From positions 544,001 to 608,000 of the forward strand of contig CP009479.1 of the NCBI GenBank assembly GCA_000965745.1: 64,000 nt of DNA, written 5' to 3'. The notes under the pieces were generated by a model. The model saw only the letters and a program-made list of their open reading frames with translations, was not told the origin of the DNA and did no database searches. The position numbers and the translations under genes are program-made. The stretch is from an uncultured archaeon (GTDB lineage Archaea > Thermoplasmatota > Thermoplasmata > Thermoplasmatales > Thermoplasmataceae). This document shows positions 28,085 through 37,128 of the stretch, piece after piece. Positions within the stretch are counted from its first letter, which is position 1; every line of letters starts with the position of its first letter.

Positions 28085-29401
28085 TCAATGTGTGGAATAT
28101 GCGAGGATCGTTCTGTACGCTGCCCACAAATCTATTTTGGAGACTGCACTGCAGAAATTTCTGCTAACGGAAACAACGCGAGCCATGTTGACAGCTTCAG
28201 GGATGCTCTTTGAAAATGCGGTTCCAATAGTCCCCCCACTGTGGAATTCATAGTTCTTCGGACTTTTTACGTATGGAATTCCAGCCTTCTCTAGACTGTC
28301 TTCAATTATGCCAAGCAATCGCTGAGACCTGGACGAGCCCCCGGTTGTGCCTATGATTGTTCCCTTACCTATCGGAAGTGGTTTGGCTGGGACTTCCTGA
28401 GAAGTCTTTGACTGTTTGAGCTCGAGATCCGTGACGTTGAGTATTCTGCTGAATTCGAATATATCCTTTACTGCGTTCTCGGATACTTTCTCAACAACTT
28501 TTTTCAGTATCGACTCTGCGACCTTTTCAGTAATCTCTTTGTTGTGATTCTTCCTGCTGCATTCACCTTTTTGAGTGTGGAAAATCACAACAACAGTGTC
28601 CTCAGGCCTTGTAAGGTCGGTGAGCGTTTTTAGTGATGCATAAACCGGCAGCAGCTCCCGGGCTCCGAAACCCTGGATCAGCGATCTGTCCGACCCCATT
28701 TCATTGGGCATGGATGCTGGTACGAGTGACAGCGTGGCGGAGTTCAACTCCTTTTCAGTCATTCCTATGGAATTCAGGAAAGCCTCAGAGTAGTGTGGCT
28801 TCTTGTCTTTGCCTTCAGGGGCAGCAGATCCAACCACGAGATCGTACTGCTTCTTGACCTTTTTGCTCTTTGCAGCCTTTTTTTCTGGAGCTGGCGCAAT
28901 GAAATATCCTGGTTCCTTCCTTGACTCGCCCAGTGTGAATGATCTTCTGGAATTGTCCTTTAAGATTCTAAGTCCGTGAATGGAGACGTCTGTTGACATC
29001 CACTCATCTCTGACATCTTCGTTGAGGGGGGAGAACCTTACGGTTGAAATATCTGATTCCGGAATTAACCCCGGACTTCTGGGGCCCAGTTCAACATTGT
29101 CCAGATCTATGGGGCACCCTATTATGCTTAGGCCCCTCTTCTGTATGTTAGAGGTGCCGAAAACACCTGCGGCAATGCATCCATCATCAAGATCTTCTAT
29201 GAAGCCAAGGCCGGGTGAGGCACTGGAGATCTTCGAAAGGTCAGAAAATCTGAAGTGCAATAATTTCCTGAAAATGTAGTCCTTCACTTCCCACTCAGTC
29301 TTTGTTGTCTTGAGAAAATCCAGAAAACCTTCAGAAATTGAGTGTATCTGGGAAACGCTGTTAAGATCAATTTGTCCCCAGAAGCTCTGAAGGTTTCCCA
29401 T
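28085..29401 (-). CDS. M18 aminopeptidase homologue, predicted catalytically inactive
   Basis: KTEWE, GLSIIG, SATLSLVPA, GSDRSLI, GGTIG, SKIDLW follow the M18 layout, but the metal ligands are replaced. Confidence 0.72.
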   Translation of the reverse strand: MGNLQSFWGQIDLNSVSQIHSISEGFLDFLKTTKTEWEVKDYIFRKLLHFRFSDLSKISSASPGLGFIEDLDDGCIAAGVFGTSNIQKRGLSIIGCPIDLDNVELGPRSPGLIPESDISTVRFSPLNEDVRDEWMSTDVSIHGLRILKDNSRRSFTLGESRKEPGYFIAPAPEKKAAKSKKVKKQYDLVVGSAAPEGKDKKPHYSEAFLNSIGMTEKELNSATLSLVPASMPNEMGSDRSLIQGFGARELLPVYASLKTLTDLTRPEDTVVVIFHTQKGECSRKNHNKEITEKVAESILKKVVEKVSENAVKDIFEFSRILNVTDLELKQSKTSQEVPAKPLPIGKGTIIGTTGGSSRSQRLLGIIEDSLEKAGIPYVKSPKNYEFHSGGTIGTAFSKSIPEAVNMARVVSVSRNFCSAVSKIDLWAAYRTILAYSTH

Positions 29402-29619
29402 GGGTCATTTAGGCTTTGTATTTATTTAAAAGTTTTTGGGTTATACCGGAATTTCACCTTCGACGGAATTTGCCATCCATCCACGTTGAGCTGTTTTCAA
29501 GGGAGTCATGATATGAGGACGTTCTCTCGATACATAAGAAGAAAAGTAGCAATTCATCTTGACAGGACTGTTTTCATTCCGAATCCATGGATCAGCTCTT
29601 AAACTGTTGGTGAGCATGA

Positions 29620-30172
29620 ATGAAAAAATCATATGATCTAGTTGTAATTGGAACCGGCTCGGCCATTATGCCAGCCACATTTTACTGCAGCTCAAATGGC
29701 ATGAGTACAGCTGTGATAGATTCGAAGCGGCTCCAAAGCAACGATAATCCATTGGGGGAGAAGGGTCCTTGAGAATTTTGACGGTAACAAGAGACAAAAG
29801 GGGAGTTCGTTGCAAATGAATATATGCAGAGCATATCCAATGAATCCGTATATTCTGCAGGGGACACTCTACGGTGGGAATGAAACTTACGCCTGTTGCA
29901 AATATAGAAGGGGACGCCGCCGCCTTCAATACCGCCAATAGGAACAACAGAAAGATTGATTACAGTGCAATACCGACGGTTGTTTTCTCCCTCCCTCCTC
30001 TGGTCATGGTGGGTGACACCGAGGAGGAAGACAGAAAGAAGGGGAGGGTGTTCATGGTAAACCCGGAGGATTCGTCCTCCTGGTACAATTCCAGGAGAAA
30101 GAGGCATAATCATTCATGAAACAAGATTCTGATTGACGAAGAGACCTCTAAAATCATTGGTGCACACATATT
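29620..30172 (+). pseudogene. fragmented pyridine nucleotide-disulfide oxidoreductase (glutathione/mercuric reductase-like)
   Basis: Pieces in different frames: MKKSYDLVVIGTGSA; NEYMQSISNESVYSAGD; LTPVANIEG..IDYSAIPTVVFSLPPLVMVG; KILIDEETSKIIGAHI. The central part is deleted. Confidence 0.85.
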
Positions 30173-30192
30173 CCCGGCAATTCAGAAGCATC

Positions 30193-31098
30193 CTACTGCG
30201 AAAGTATCGACTTCAATGCGGTCTCAAGTTCAGGGTATTCAAAACTGAAACCCGAGTCCTGCAGTTTTTTACTCGACACCCTCTGGCTTGTAAGCAGAAG
30301 ATAGTCTGCCATTTCCCCCAGCATACCTTTGAGTATTGCTGCCGGAGCAGGCAGCCTGGCTTTTTTCCCAATAGCTCTTGCCACGGTCTGCATGAATTCC
30401 TTATTGACAACCGGTGAAGGAGCAGAGAGGTTAACAGGCCCGTGAATAGAACCTTTCAGAAGGAAACTCATTGCCCTTGAGACGTCATGACCGTGTATCC
30501 AGGACATCCACTGTTTGCCGCTTCCAAGCCTTGAGCCGATTCCCCTTCTCAAGGGCGCCACTATCTGAGGGAGCGCTCCCTCATTTGAGTCAAGGACTAT
30601 GGATGTCCTTGTGGCAATTACCCGCAAGCCGTAATCCTGAGCCTTGAATGCCTCATTCTCCCAATTTACGCAGAGCCTGGCAAAGAAGTCATCTCCGGGA
30701 TCAGAGTCCTCCGTCAGGACTTCGTCTCCCCTGGACCCGTAATATCCTATTGCGGAAGCATTGATGAGTACTTCAGGTGCATCATCCATATTCCTTATTC
30801 CCTCCACAATTGACTTTGTAGAATCAATCCTGCTGTTATCTATGGCTCTCTTGACCTCCTCATTCCATTTGTCAGAAATGGATCTGCCGCTCAAGTTGAA
30901 TACCGCATCAATCTTTCCGGTTCTCTTTACCCAGGACATGTCATCTTGCTTTCCAGACCATTTTACATATGTTGCAATGTTGCCCGAATTGGAATTTTCA
31001 GACCTTGTCAGTACGACTATCTCGTTCCCGTCTTTGGACAAAGTCTCGGTCAGCCTCTTTCCGATAAGCCCGGTTCCCCCTGCAATGAGAATTCTCAT
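30193..31098 (-). CDS. TIGR01777-family NAD-dependent epimerase-like oxidoreductase
   Basis: MRILIAGGTGLIG, ASAIGYYG, GSGKQWMSWIH, SQRV; start placed at 31098. Confidence 0.92.
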   Translation of the reverse strand: MRILIAGGTGLIGKRLTETLSKDGNEIVVLTRSENSNSGNIATYVKWSGKQDDMSWVKRTGKIDAVFNLSGRSISDKWNEEVKRAIDNSRIDSTKSIVEGIRNMDDAPEVLINASAIGYYGSRGDEVLTEDSDPGDDFFARLCVNWENEAFKAQDYGLRVIATRTSIVLDSNEGALPQIVAPLRRGIGSRLGSGKQWMSWIHGHDVSRAMSFLLKGSIHGPVNLSAPSPVVNKEFMQTVARAIGKKARLPAPAAILKGMLGEMADYLLLTSQRVSSKKLQDSGFSFEYPELETALKSILSQ

Positions 31099-31476
31099 AA
31101 AGCTTCGATCAAATATACCACACATTGCATAATAATTTTTTCCGTGGGGCTGGATAGTTATTGTGCAAGGTTATTGTGGGTGCTTGCTTCATTCAAACCA
31201 AAGCCTGTAAATCCTTGCTCCATTTCCCAATTCATCATTTTCCGTCTCCGAATTTAATCAAACCTCCTGCCAAGCGGTTTGTTTAATAACAGCTAACATG
31301 AGTAGAGTTGAAGCGATTTTAAGAGCAGAGGACCCAGTAATTGATCGCTGTTATGTTCATGTTTCTTTTTGTACAGGATATTTTGTCAACTTTCAGAGAT
31401 GTAACAAAGATTCCTGTTCTGTTATAAGAAAACGTTCACTTTTAATACAGAAAGACTAACTTGAATGTGGTGAGAA

Positions 31477-32229
31477 ATGAAGAAAAGAGATTTTTTGAAA
31501 AATTTGGCAGTATTTGCAAAAGGTAGAACAAGAAAATTCTGGGTTGCGATCATAGTGATACTTATGAGCGGAAGCGCTACAGCAGCTGTAATGGCATGGG
31601 AACACCCAAGCAATTTCAACTTAACGAGTTCTCATGCAAGTGTTGCTTTTGAGACAGTCGTAACCGGCATATCCACGAATGCCAATCAGACCCCGCTGTC
31701 GATTAACGGGCACAACTACAACCTTGATAACGTGATCAACTTCAACTATATCAGCCATGGAAATGGAGGAATGGCCTCAAATGTGAACCTTCAGACAGGG
31801 AATTTCCTCCCGGGTGACTATGTGCAGTTTCAGGTAACTGTAACAAACACAGGCGGAACTACCCTGCTTCTTAATTCAACGGACAACAACTATACATACT
31901 CAAACTACTTTGTCAACTCACAGGGGCAGTACATTAACTCTCCAGATCAGCAGCTCTATGGAAACGGTTACAACAACTCAAGTTCCCCAATGAACTATAC
32001 AGGTTTTGGAGATGCTCCAACCACACAGCAGGTTTTGACACTGATGGGGTCATCCGGATGGAACATTAACTGGGTGAACTGGTGGGGAAGCGCTTCCGTC
32101 ATACCACATGAGCTTAAACATGGTCAATCTTTCACCTACGACCTGTATATCGGCCTTGGAGATCAAGCTGCATACAACATACCCGACCAGTATTTCAGTC
32201 TGAACGTGTTTATGCCTCCTGCCAGATAA
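31477..32229 (+). CDS. secreted Asn/Gly/Tyr-rich protein, TasA/camelysin-like
   Basis: Signal peptide ending AVMAW; NFLPGDYVQFQVTVTNTG motif; family assignment tentative. Confidence 0.6.
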   Translation: MKKRDFLKNLAVFAKGRTRKFWVAIIVILMSGSATAAVMAWEHPSNFNLTSSHASVAFETVVTGISTNANQTPLSINGHNYNLDNVINFNYISHGNGGMASNVNLQTGNFLPGDYVQFQVTVTNTGGTTLLLNSTDNNYTYSNYFVNSQGQYINSPDQQLYGNGYNNSSSPMNYTGFGDAPTTQQVLTLMGSSGWNINWVNWWGSASVIPHELKHGQSFTYDLYIGLGDQAAYNIPDQYFSLNVFMPPAR

Positions 32230-32235
32230 TCATTG

Positions 32236-32273
32236 ATTTTTTGGGGCTTTTGCCCTCTTCCCATTTTTTGTTT
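32236..32273 (+). terminator. probable terminator after the secreted protein gene
   Basis: T-tracts flanking a GGGC-TTTT-GCCC hairpin just after the stop. Confidence 0.4.
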
Positions 32274-32440
32274 GCCCTGGCGGCTGAGCAGTTCCGGGAA
32301 TCCGGAAAAGATTAGTCATGATTGTTCTAGATGATTGTTACATGTATGAATTGCAGAATATTCCTCTTGCTTGCGTGAGCAGCAGCAATTAACAATGGAT
32401 TGATCTCGCTGTTAATGGTGGGTTGCGATTTATGCTGCTT

Positions 32441-33175
32441 TCATAATCTCATGTGCTTTCCGTTGACGGAGTCATAATAATGCAGTTTCTCCATTATATT
32501 GCTGCCAACTTTGGTGATACGGTATACCTTCTTGTTTTCCTCGTCCCTTTTTACCTCAAGAAGTTGTTTCTTGATCATATCCCCTATTATTTCTTTGGCG
32601 TTCCTGTAGTTCAGGTTGCACTTGAAAATGATCTTGGTTATTGTCGCGCCCCCAGAGTCTGAAGTAGAGGATAGTATTTCGTGAATTATCTGGGTCCTGT
32701 CCCTGTATCTTTTCTTTGGTCCTCTTGAGAAACTGTTCTTCCTGTACTTAAGGGCGCCATTTTCCTCTGCCTCCGGCCCTCTCCCCCTGTAGGAATCTTC
32801 ACCGGTCCTGCCATTCAACAAGATTTCCATCCCCAGGGATGTTGACAGCATCTTCTCTTCCATAGCTGGTGCTGACTCGAAAATTATGACTGCCCGGGTA
32901 GAATTCACGTCCTTTGAGTGGGCGAAGAATGTAGCAATTCTGCCCATCCTGTCTTTGGCGTCGCTTTTCAGAAGCATGCATACAATCCTGTCCTCTTTCT
33001 TTGCAGAACTTATGAGAAAATCAAACTGATGCATTAGCCCCGATCTTCCTTCAACCCATGCGTTTATTGAATATGTCCAGTCATTCCCTTTCAGTTTGAG
33101 CTTTTGCAAAGCAGATACTAATGATATAGCTTCATCGAACCCTGAGCCATTCTCGTAGTAGTTATGGATCTCCAT
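32441..33175 (-). CDS. restriction-endonuclease-like domain fused to a C-terminal winged-helix domain (putative regulator)
   Basis: EGRSGLMHQFDF in the N-terminal domain; RDRTQIIHEIL..TITKIIFKCNLNY..YRITKVG winged helix. Confidence 0.72.
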   Translation of the reverse strand: MEIHNYYENGSGFDEAISLVSALQKLKLKGNDWTYSINAWVEGRSGLMHQFDFLISSAKKEDRIVCMLLKSDAKDRMGRIATFFAHSKDVNSTRAVIIFESAPAMEEKMLSTSLGMEILLNGRTGEDSYRGRGPEAEENGALKYRKNSFSRGPKKRYRDRTQIIHEILSSTSDSGGATITKIIFKCNLNYRNAKEIIGDMIKKQLLEVKRDEENKKVYRITKVGSNIMEKLHYYDSVNGKHMRL

Positions 33176-33482
33176 TGGGACACCGGCTGGCAGTAATAAT
33201 TATCTAGATTAATGCATGACTTCTACGTACTTAGAATATAAATTACTTTCCAATCAAGAACGACATGACAATGTCATACACACGTCGGAAACTGGCTAAA
33301 ATTATGCTTTTTCGGTTTCACATGGGTTTATAAATGCGTATTGTGCCAATGATGTTTCCTTTTGGTCTGACAAACTGAAATGCTGGTAAGTTAACCCATA
33401 GATTCTGAATCTTTACCAGAAAAGAAAAAATGGTTTTCCAGGATCAAAGCAAAATAATTGGCCAGAAAATGAGAGGCGGGGG

Positions 33483-34112
33483 TTACTCATATTCTACTGG
33501 CAGAGACCTTGAGAGCCATCTGGACATTCCACCAATGACGTTTCCTGCATCAAAACCATTATCCGCCATATACAAAGCGGCAGACTGGCTTCTTGAGCCT
33601 GATGCGCAGACAAGTGCATATTTCTTGTCCTTTGATAGTTCCTGCAGTTTTGCTGGAAGTTCTTCCATGGGTATTTTCAGTGAGCCGGGTATGATCCCTG
33701 AGCTCCATTCAAATGGGTCTCTCACATCTATTACCGTATAGTCATCGCTTTTCTCGTAGAGGTCTTCCGGTGTAATCTCTTTCATCTCTGCTGTTGGCAA
33801 CTGGGAGGACTCCCATCCATTCATTCCGTCTGAGATGACAGTAACAACCTTGAAGCCGTTTTTCCCGGCCTCTTCTTGTGCTGCCTTGGCGATTGTCTCG
33901 TTTGGGGCAAGAATTGCCACATCCCCAACATCATTTCCGAAATAGCTCGCTATTGCACTGCCCCATCCCGATCTGCTGTATGGTGCGCAAACCGATCCCG
34001 GTATGTGCTTCTTAGTATACTCATTTGCCAGTCTTGTATCGATGAGGAGGACCTCACCGTTGTTTATTCTCTTCCACAAAGCGTTGTAGTCAAAGTTTCC
34101 TTCTCCTTCCAT
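33483..34112 (-). CDS. tandem rhodanese-domain protein
   Basis: IDTRLANEYTKKHIPGS; IDVRDPFEW..IPGS; VCASGSRS (active Cys in the second domain); GGMSRW. Confidence 0.92.
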   Translation of the reverse strand: MEGEGNFDYNALWKRINNGEVLLIDTRLANEYTKKHIPGSVCAPYSRSGWGSAIASYFGNDVGDVAILAPNETIAKAAQEEAGKNGFKVVTVISDGMNGWESSQLPTAEMKEITPEDLYEKSDDYTVIDVRDPFEWSSGIIPGSLKIPMEELPAKLQELSKDKKYALVCASGSRSQSAALYMADNGFDAGNVIGGMSRWLSRSLPVEYE

Positions 34113-34874
34113 TTAATTAACCTCCATTTCTGTTCCTGTATTCACTGCCCTAATCTCCCTAGCCTCTTCAGGCGGTGGTTTAAGGAGTTTCATCTGTCTG
34201 TCGACAAACTCGTCCACATCGGATATCTTTGCAAGAAAGTTGAATTTCTTTTCATAACCTACTGTGGAGCTTGGTTTTTTGCTCATAAAGAGGCCTCCGC
34301 ATTTTGAAGCCCCGTAATGTGCCGGATAGAGTTCCGTGTAATCAGGCAGATTCAATATTTTTCTTACACTTTCGAACTGCATCCTTGAAGCTTGTATGAT
34401 TTCGTCATCTCCAGCATCCTGAAGATCAGGTCTTCCAACGTCTCCAACAAAAAGGGAGTCACCTGTCATAACAAGCATTGGATCGTCTCCCCTCTGGGTG
34501 TCCCTTACCACCAGAGAAATGCTTTCCGGTGTATGCCCCGGTGTTTCCAGGACTTCCACTTCCACTGATCCCAGAGAGAGTTTCTGTCCCTCTGAAAGAG
34601 GTTGAAAATCATAGCTCACAGCCGCCCTGGCCCCGAATGAGACCTTGAGGCCAAGGCTCTTGGCAAGTTCCCTTGCTCCTGACCTGTGGTCAGCATGAAC
34701 GTGTGTTTCCACCACATGATTTATAGTGATTCCCAGGTCCTGGGCAGTCATTATGTATTCTGTGGCCCCTACCGACTCCAGAGGGTCAACTACCATTCCA
34801 GTCCCGGTTACTTCGTCTCCGAGAAGGTAGGAATTGCATCCCAGGTTTTCGTCTCTCATGACTTTCCAAATCAT
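34113..34874 (-). CDS. MBL-fold hydrolase, persulfide dioxygenase/glyoxalase II-like
   Basis: ETHVHADHRSG, TPGHTPES, TGDSLFVGDVGRPDL, PAH; start placed at 34874 (alternative 34901). Confidence 0.92.
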   Translation of the reverse strand: MIWKVMRDENLGCNSYLLGDEVTGTGMVVDPLESVGATEYIMTAQDLGITINHVVETHVHADHRSGARELAKSLGLKVSFGARAAVSYDFQPLSEGQKLSLGSVEVEVLETPGHTPESISLVVRDTQRGDDPMLVMTGDSLFVGDVGRPDLQDAGDDEIIQASRMQFESVRKILNLPDYTELYPAHYGASKCGGLFMSKKPSSTVGYEKKFNFLAKISDVDEFVDRQMKLLKPPPEEAREIRAVNTGTEMEVN

Positions 34875-35105
34875 AGTTTTTCTACCTCCCTTACTTTGCA
34901 CATATCGAAATATTATAATAGTATTACGTAAGAATCGCTGTCACATAATATGTATAATTAATTGGGCAGAAAAGTGTTCATTTGCGGGCTGATACCCCTC
35001 TTCAGAGAATCCTTCGTCATGCCTGGTCCCTTGAAATTTGTGAAGTACACATGCCAGTCGGTGTAATGCATTAATTATTACCTTTGAATTACGGTATCTG
35101 TTCAG

Positions 35106-36062
35106 ATGATAAGCGGGAAAAAGATACTTGTTACCGGCGGTGCAGGTTTTATTGGCTCAAACATGGTTGAGCTTCTCCATAATGATAATGAGATTACGGT
35201 TGTGGATGACCTGAGTAATGTAGATGACAGGTATATCAGAAGTTTAGTTGAAAGCGGAAAGGTGATTTTCAGAAAAATCGATCTCACTGGGAAGAACAGC
35301 CTGGAGGATCTTGGCAGACAAGACCTCGTAATCCACCTTGCTGCAAATTCCGATGTGCGGGGAGGCTCTGAAAATCCAATCAAGGATCTTAACAGCAACG
35401 TAATAGGGACCATGGAGGTCCTGGAATATATGCGAAGGACTGACACTGGAGAAATAGCCTTTGCCTCAAGTTCAACAGTATACGGGGAGACTGATGTGCT
35501 TCCCACCCCTGAGACTTATGGGCCATACATGCCAATATCCTCGTACGGGGCATCAAAAATGGCGTGTGAAGGCTTCATTACAGCATACTCGCATTATTAT
35601 GGCTTCAAGAGCTCTATATTCAGGTTCGCAAATATTGTTGGAAAGAACTCCACACACGGAGTGATTTTTGACTTCATAAACAAGCTCAGAAAGAATCCTC
35701 AAGAGCTTGAGATACTGGGTGACGGTACACAGAGAAAATCATACATGCACGTTTCAGACTGTGTTGGCTCCATAATTTATGTGCATGAGAAAAGCAGCAG
35801 AACCGACATTTTCAACCTCGGCAATGACATGACAACCTCCGTGAAGAAAATTGGCGAAACTGTAATCGACAAGATGGGCCTGAAAGATGTCAGGGTCAAT
35901 TTCACTGGGGGAGTTGACGGACGCGGATGGAAAGGCGACGTGAAAATAGCACAGCTTGGAATAGAGAAGCTCAAATCCACGGGCTGGAAAAATTCGTACA
36001 CGAGTGATCAGGCAGTGGAAGCAGCTGTAGAAGAGACTCTGGCACAGCTGCCGCATTCCTGA
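35106..36062 (+). CDS. NAD-dependent sugar epimerase/dehydratase (UDP-glucose 4-epimerase-like)
   Basis: TGGAGFIGS, HLAA, SSSTVYG, YGASK, GDGTQRKSY. Confidence 0.93.
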   Translation: MISGKKILVTGGAGFIGSNMVELLHNDNEITVVDDLSNVDDRYIRSLVESGKVIFRKIDLTGKNSLEDLGRQDLVIHLAANSDVRGGSENPIKDLNSNVIGTMEVLEYMRRTDTGEIAFASSSTVYGETDVLPTPETYGPYMPISSYGASKMACEGFITAYSHYYGFKSSIFRFANIVGKNSTHGVIFDFINKLRKNPQELEILGDGTQRKSYMHVSDCVGSIIYVHEKSSRTDIFNLGNDMTTSVKKIGETVIDKMGLKDVRVNFTGGVDGRGWKGDVKIAQLGIEKLKSTGWKNSYTSDQAVEAAVEETLAQLPHS

Positions 36063-36084
36063 AGGTGTCCTGGGGCTGGAAGAA

Positions 36085-37128
36085 TTGAATTCAGAAGATA
36101 TCAGAACCTTTGGGTGGATTTGGAATAACAGGGCAAAATGCAGATATGACCTGTCAAGGAATGAGCTATACGAACAGGATCTCGCGTCCCTGGGAATAAG
36201 AACATCTTATGATGACTACCTTAAGGAAAAGGACCCTGAGAGGTATTTCAAGCAGACTGTGGCAGAATTGTATGGTGTGGACGAGGAGAATGTTATTCCA
36301 ACTATTGGCGGAACGGAAGCCATATTCATTGCTTCAGGGTATCTGGGGAGCCTTTCCAGGGAAATACTCATACCAGCTCCTGAGTATGAGCCATTATTCA
36401 TCGTTCCCAGAAATCTTGGAAGCAGTGTTGTCCTTAGACCCGATTTTGAAGCTGCTGAAGCATACTCCGGCGATGGATCCGCCATGCTCACTTCACCTGG
36501 AAATCCCGAAGGTGTTGAGCGAATCGAGCTCTTTGACCGGTTTTCAGAAAGGCTGGGGAAGAATTCAAGGATTTATGTGGACGAGACGTTCACTGAATTC
36601 AAGTTCAAGGACAGGCCCGATTCATTGTTCAACAGGGATCAGCGGACCATCGTGTCTGGAACCATGACAAAATTCTTCGGCCTCACGAAGATAAGAACAG
36701 GGTGGATCCTGTCGCATGAGGAAGATAGGAAAGGCATATTGAGAGTGAAATCCATGTCAAGTGCGGCGAACCCACGCTACCCTATGTGGCTGGCTGCAAA
36801 TGTCCTGAGGGGCAGGAGCCGTTTTGCCGGAATCGTGAAGAGGTTGATTCAGTCAAATCTGCCAGTGGCAGATGAATTTGTCAGCAGGTTCGACCGCCTG
36901 AGTTGGAAAAAACCTGATTCAGCCCCATTCGGTTTTGTCAGGTATGACCTCGATGTAGACTCTGTAACCCTGTGCAGCAGGATATACGAAGACACAGGAG
37001 TGCTGCTCGTGCCAGGATCTTTTTTTGGTGTAGAGCACGGATTCAGGCTGTGCTTCTTTCTTGAACCTAGCGTTCTCATAGAGGCTTTCGAAACACTCAC
37101 GCAGTATTTTGAGGATCACCTGTCTTAG
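36085..37128 (+). CDS. PLP-dependent aminotransferase class I/II
   Basis: GGTEA, PGNPEG, VDETF, TMTKFFGL (PLP Lys), RTGW, VPGSFFG, FRL. Confidence 0.9.
   Translation: MNSEDIRTFGWIWNNRAKCRYDLSRNELYEQDLASLGIRTSYDDYLKEKDPERYFKQTVAELYGVDEENVIPTIGGTEAIFIASGYLGSLSREILIPAPEYEPLFIVPRNLGSSVVLRPDFEAAEAYSGDGSAMLTSPGNPEGVERIELFDRFSERLGKNSRIYVDETFTEFKFKDRPDSLFNRDQRTIVSGTMTKFFGLTKIRTGWILSHEEDRKGILRVKSMSSAANPRYPMWLAANVLRGRSRFAGIVKRLIQSNLPVADEFVSRFDRLSWKKPDSAPFGFVRYDLDVDSVTLCSRIYEDTGVLLVPGSFFGVEHGFRLCFFLEPSVLIEAFETLTQYFEDHLS

Noticed and set aside
29682-30113. 143-aa minus-strand ORF
   Set aside because: Antisense to the reductase pseudogene.
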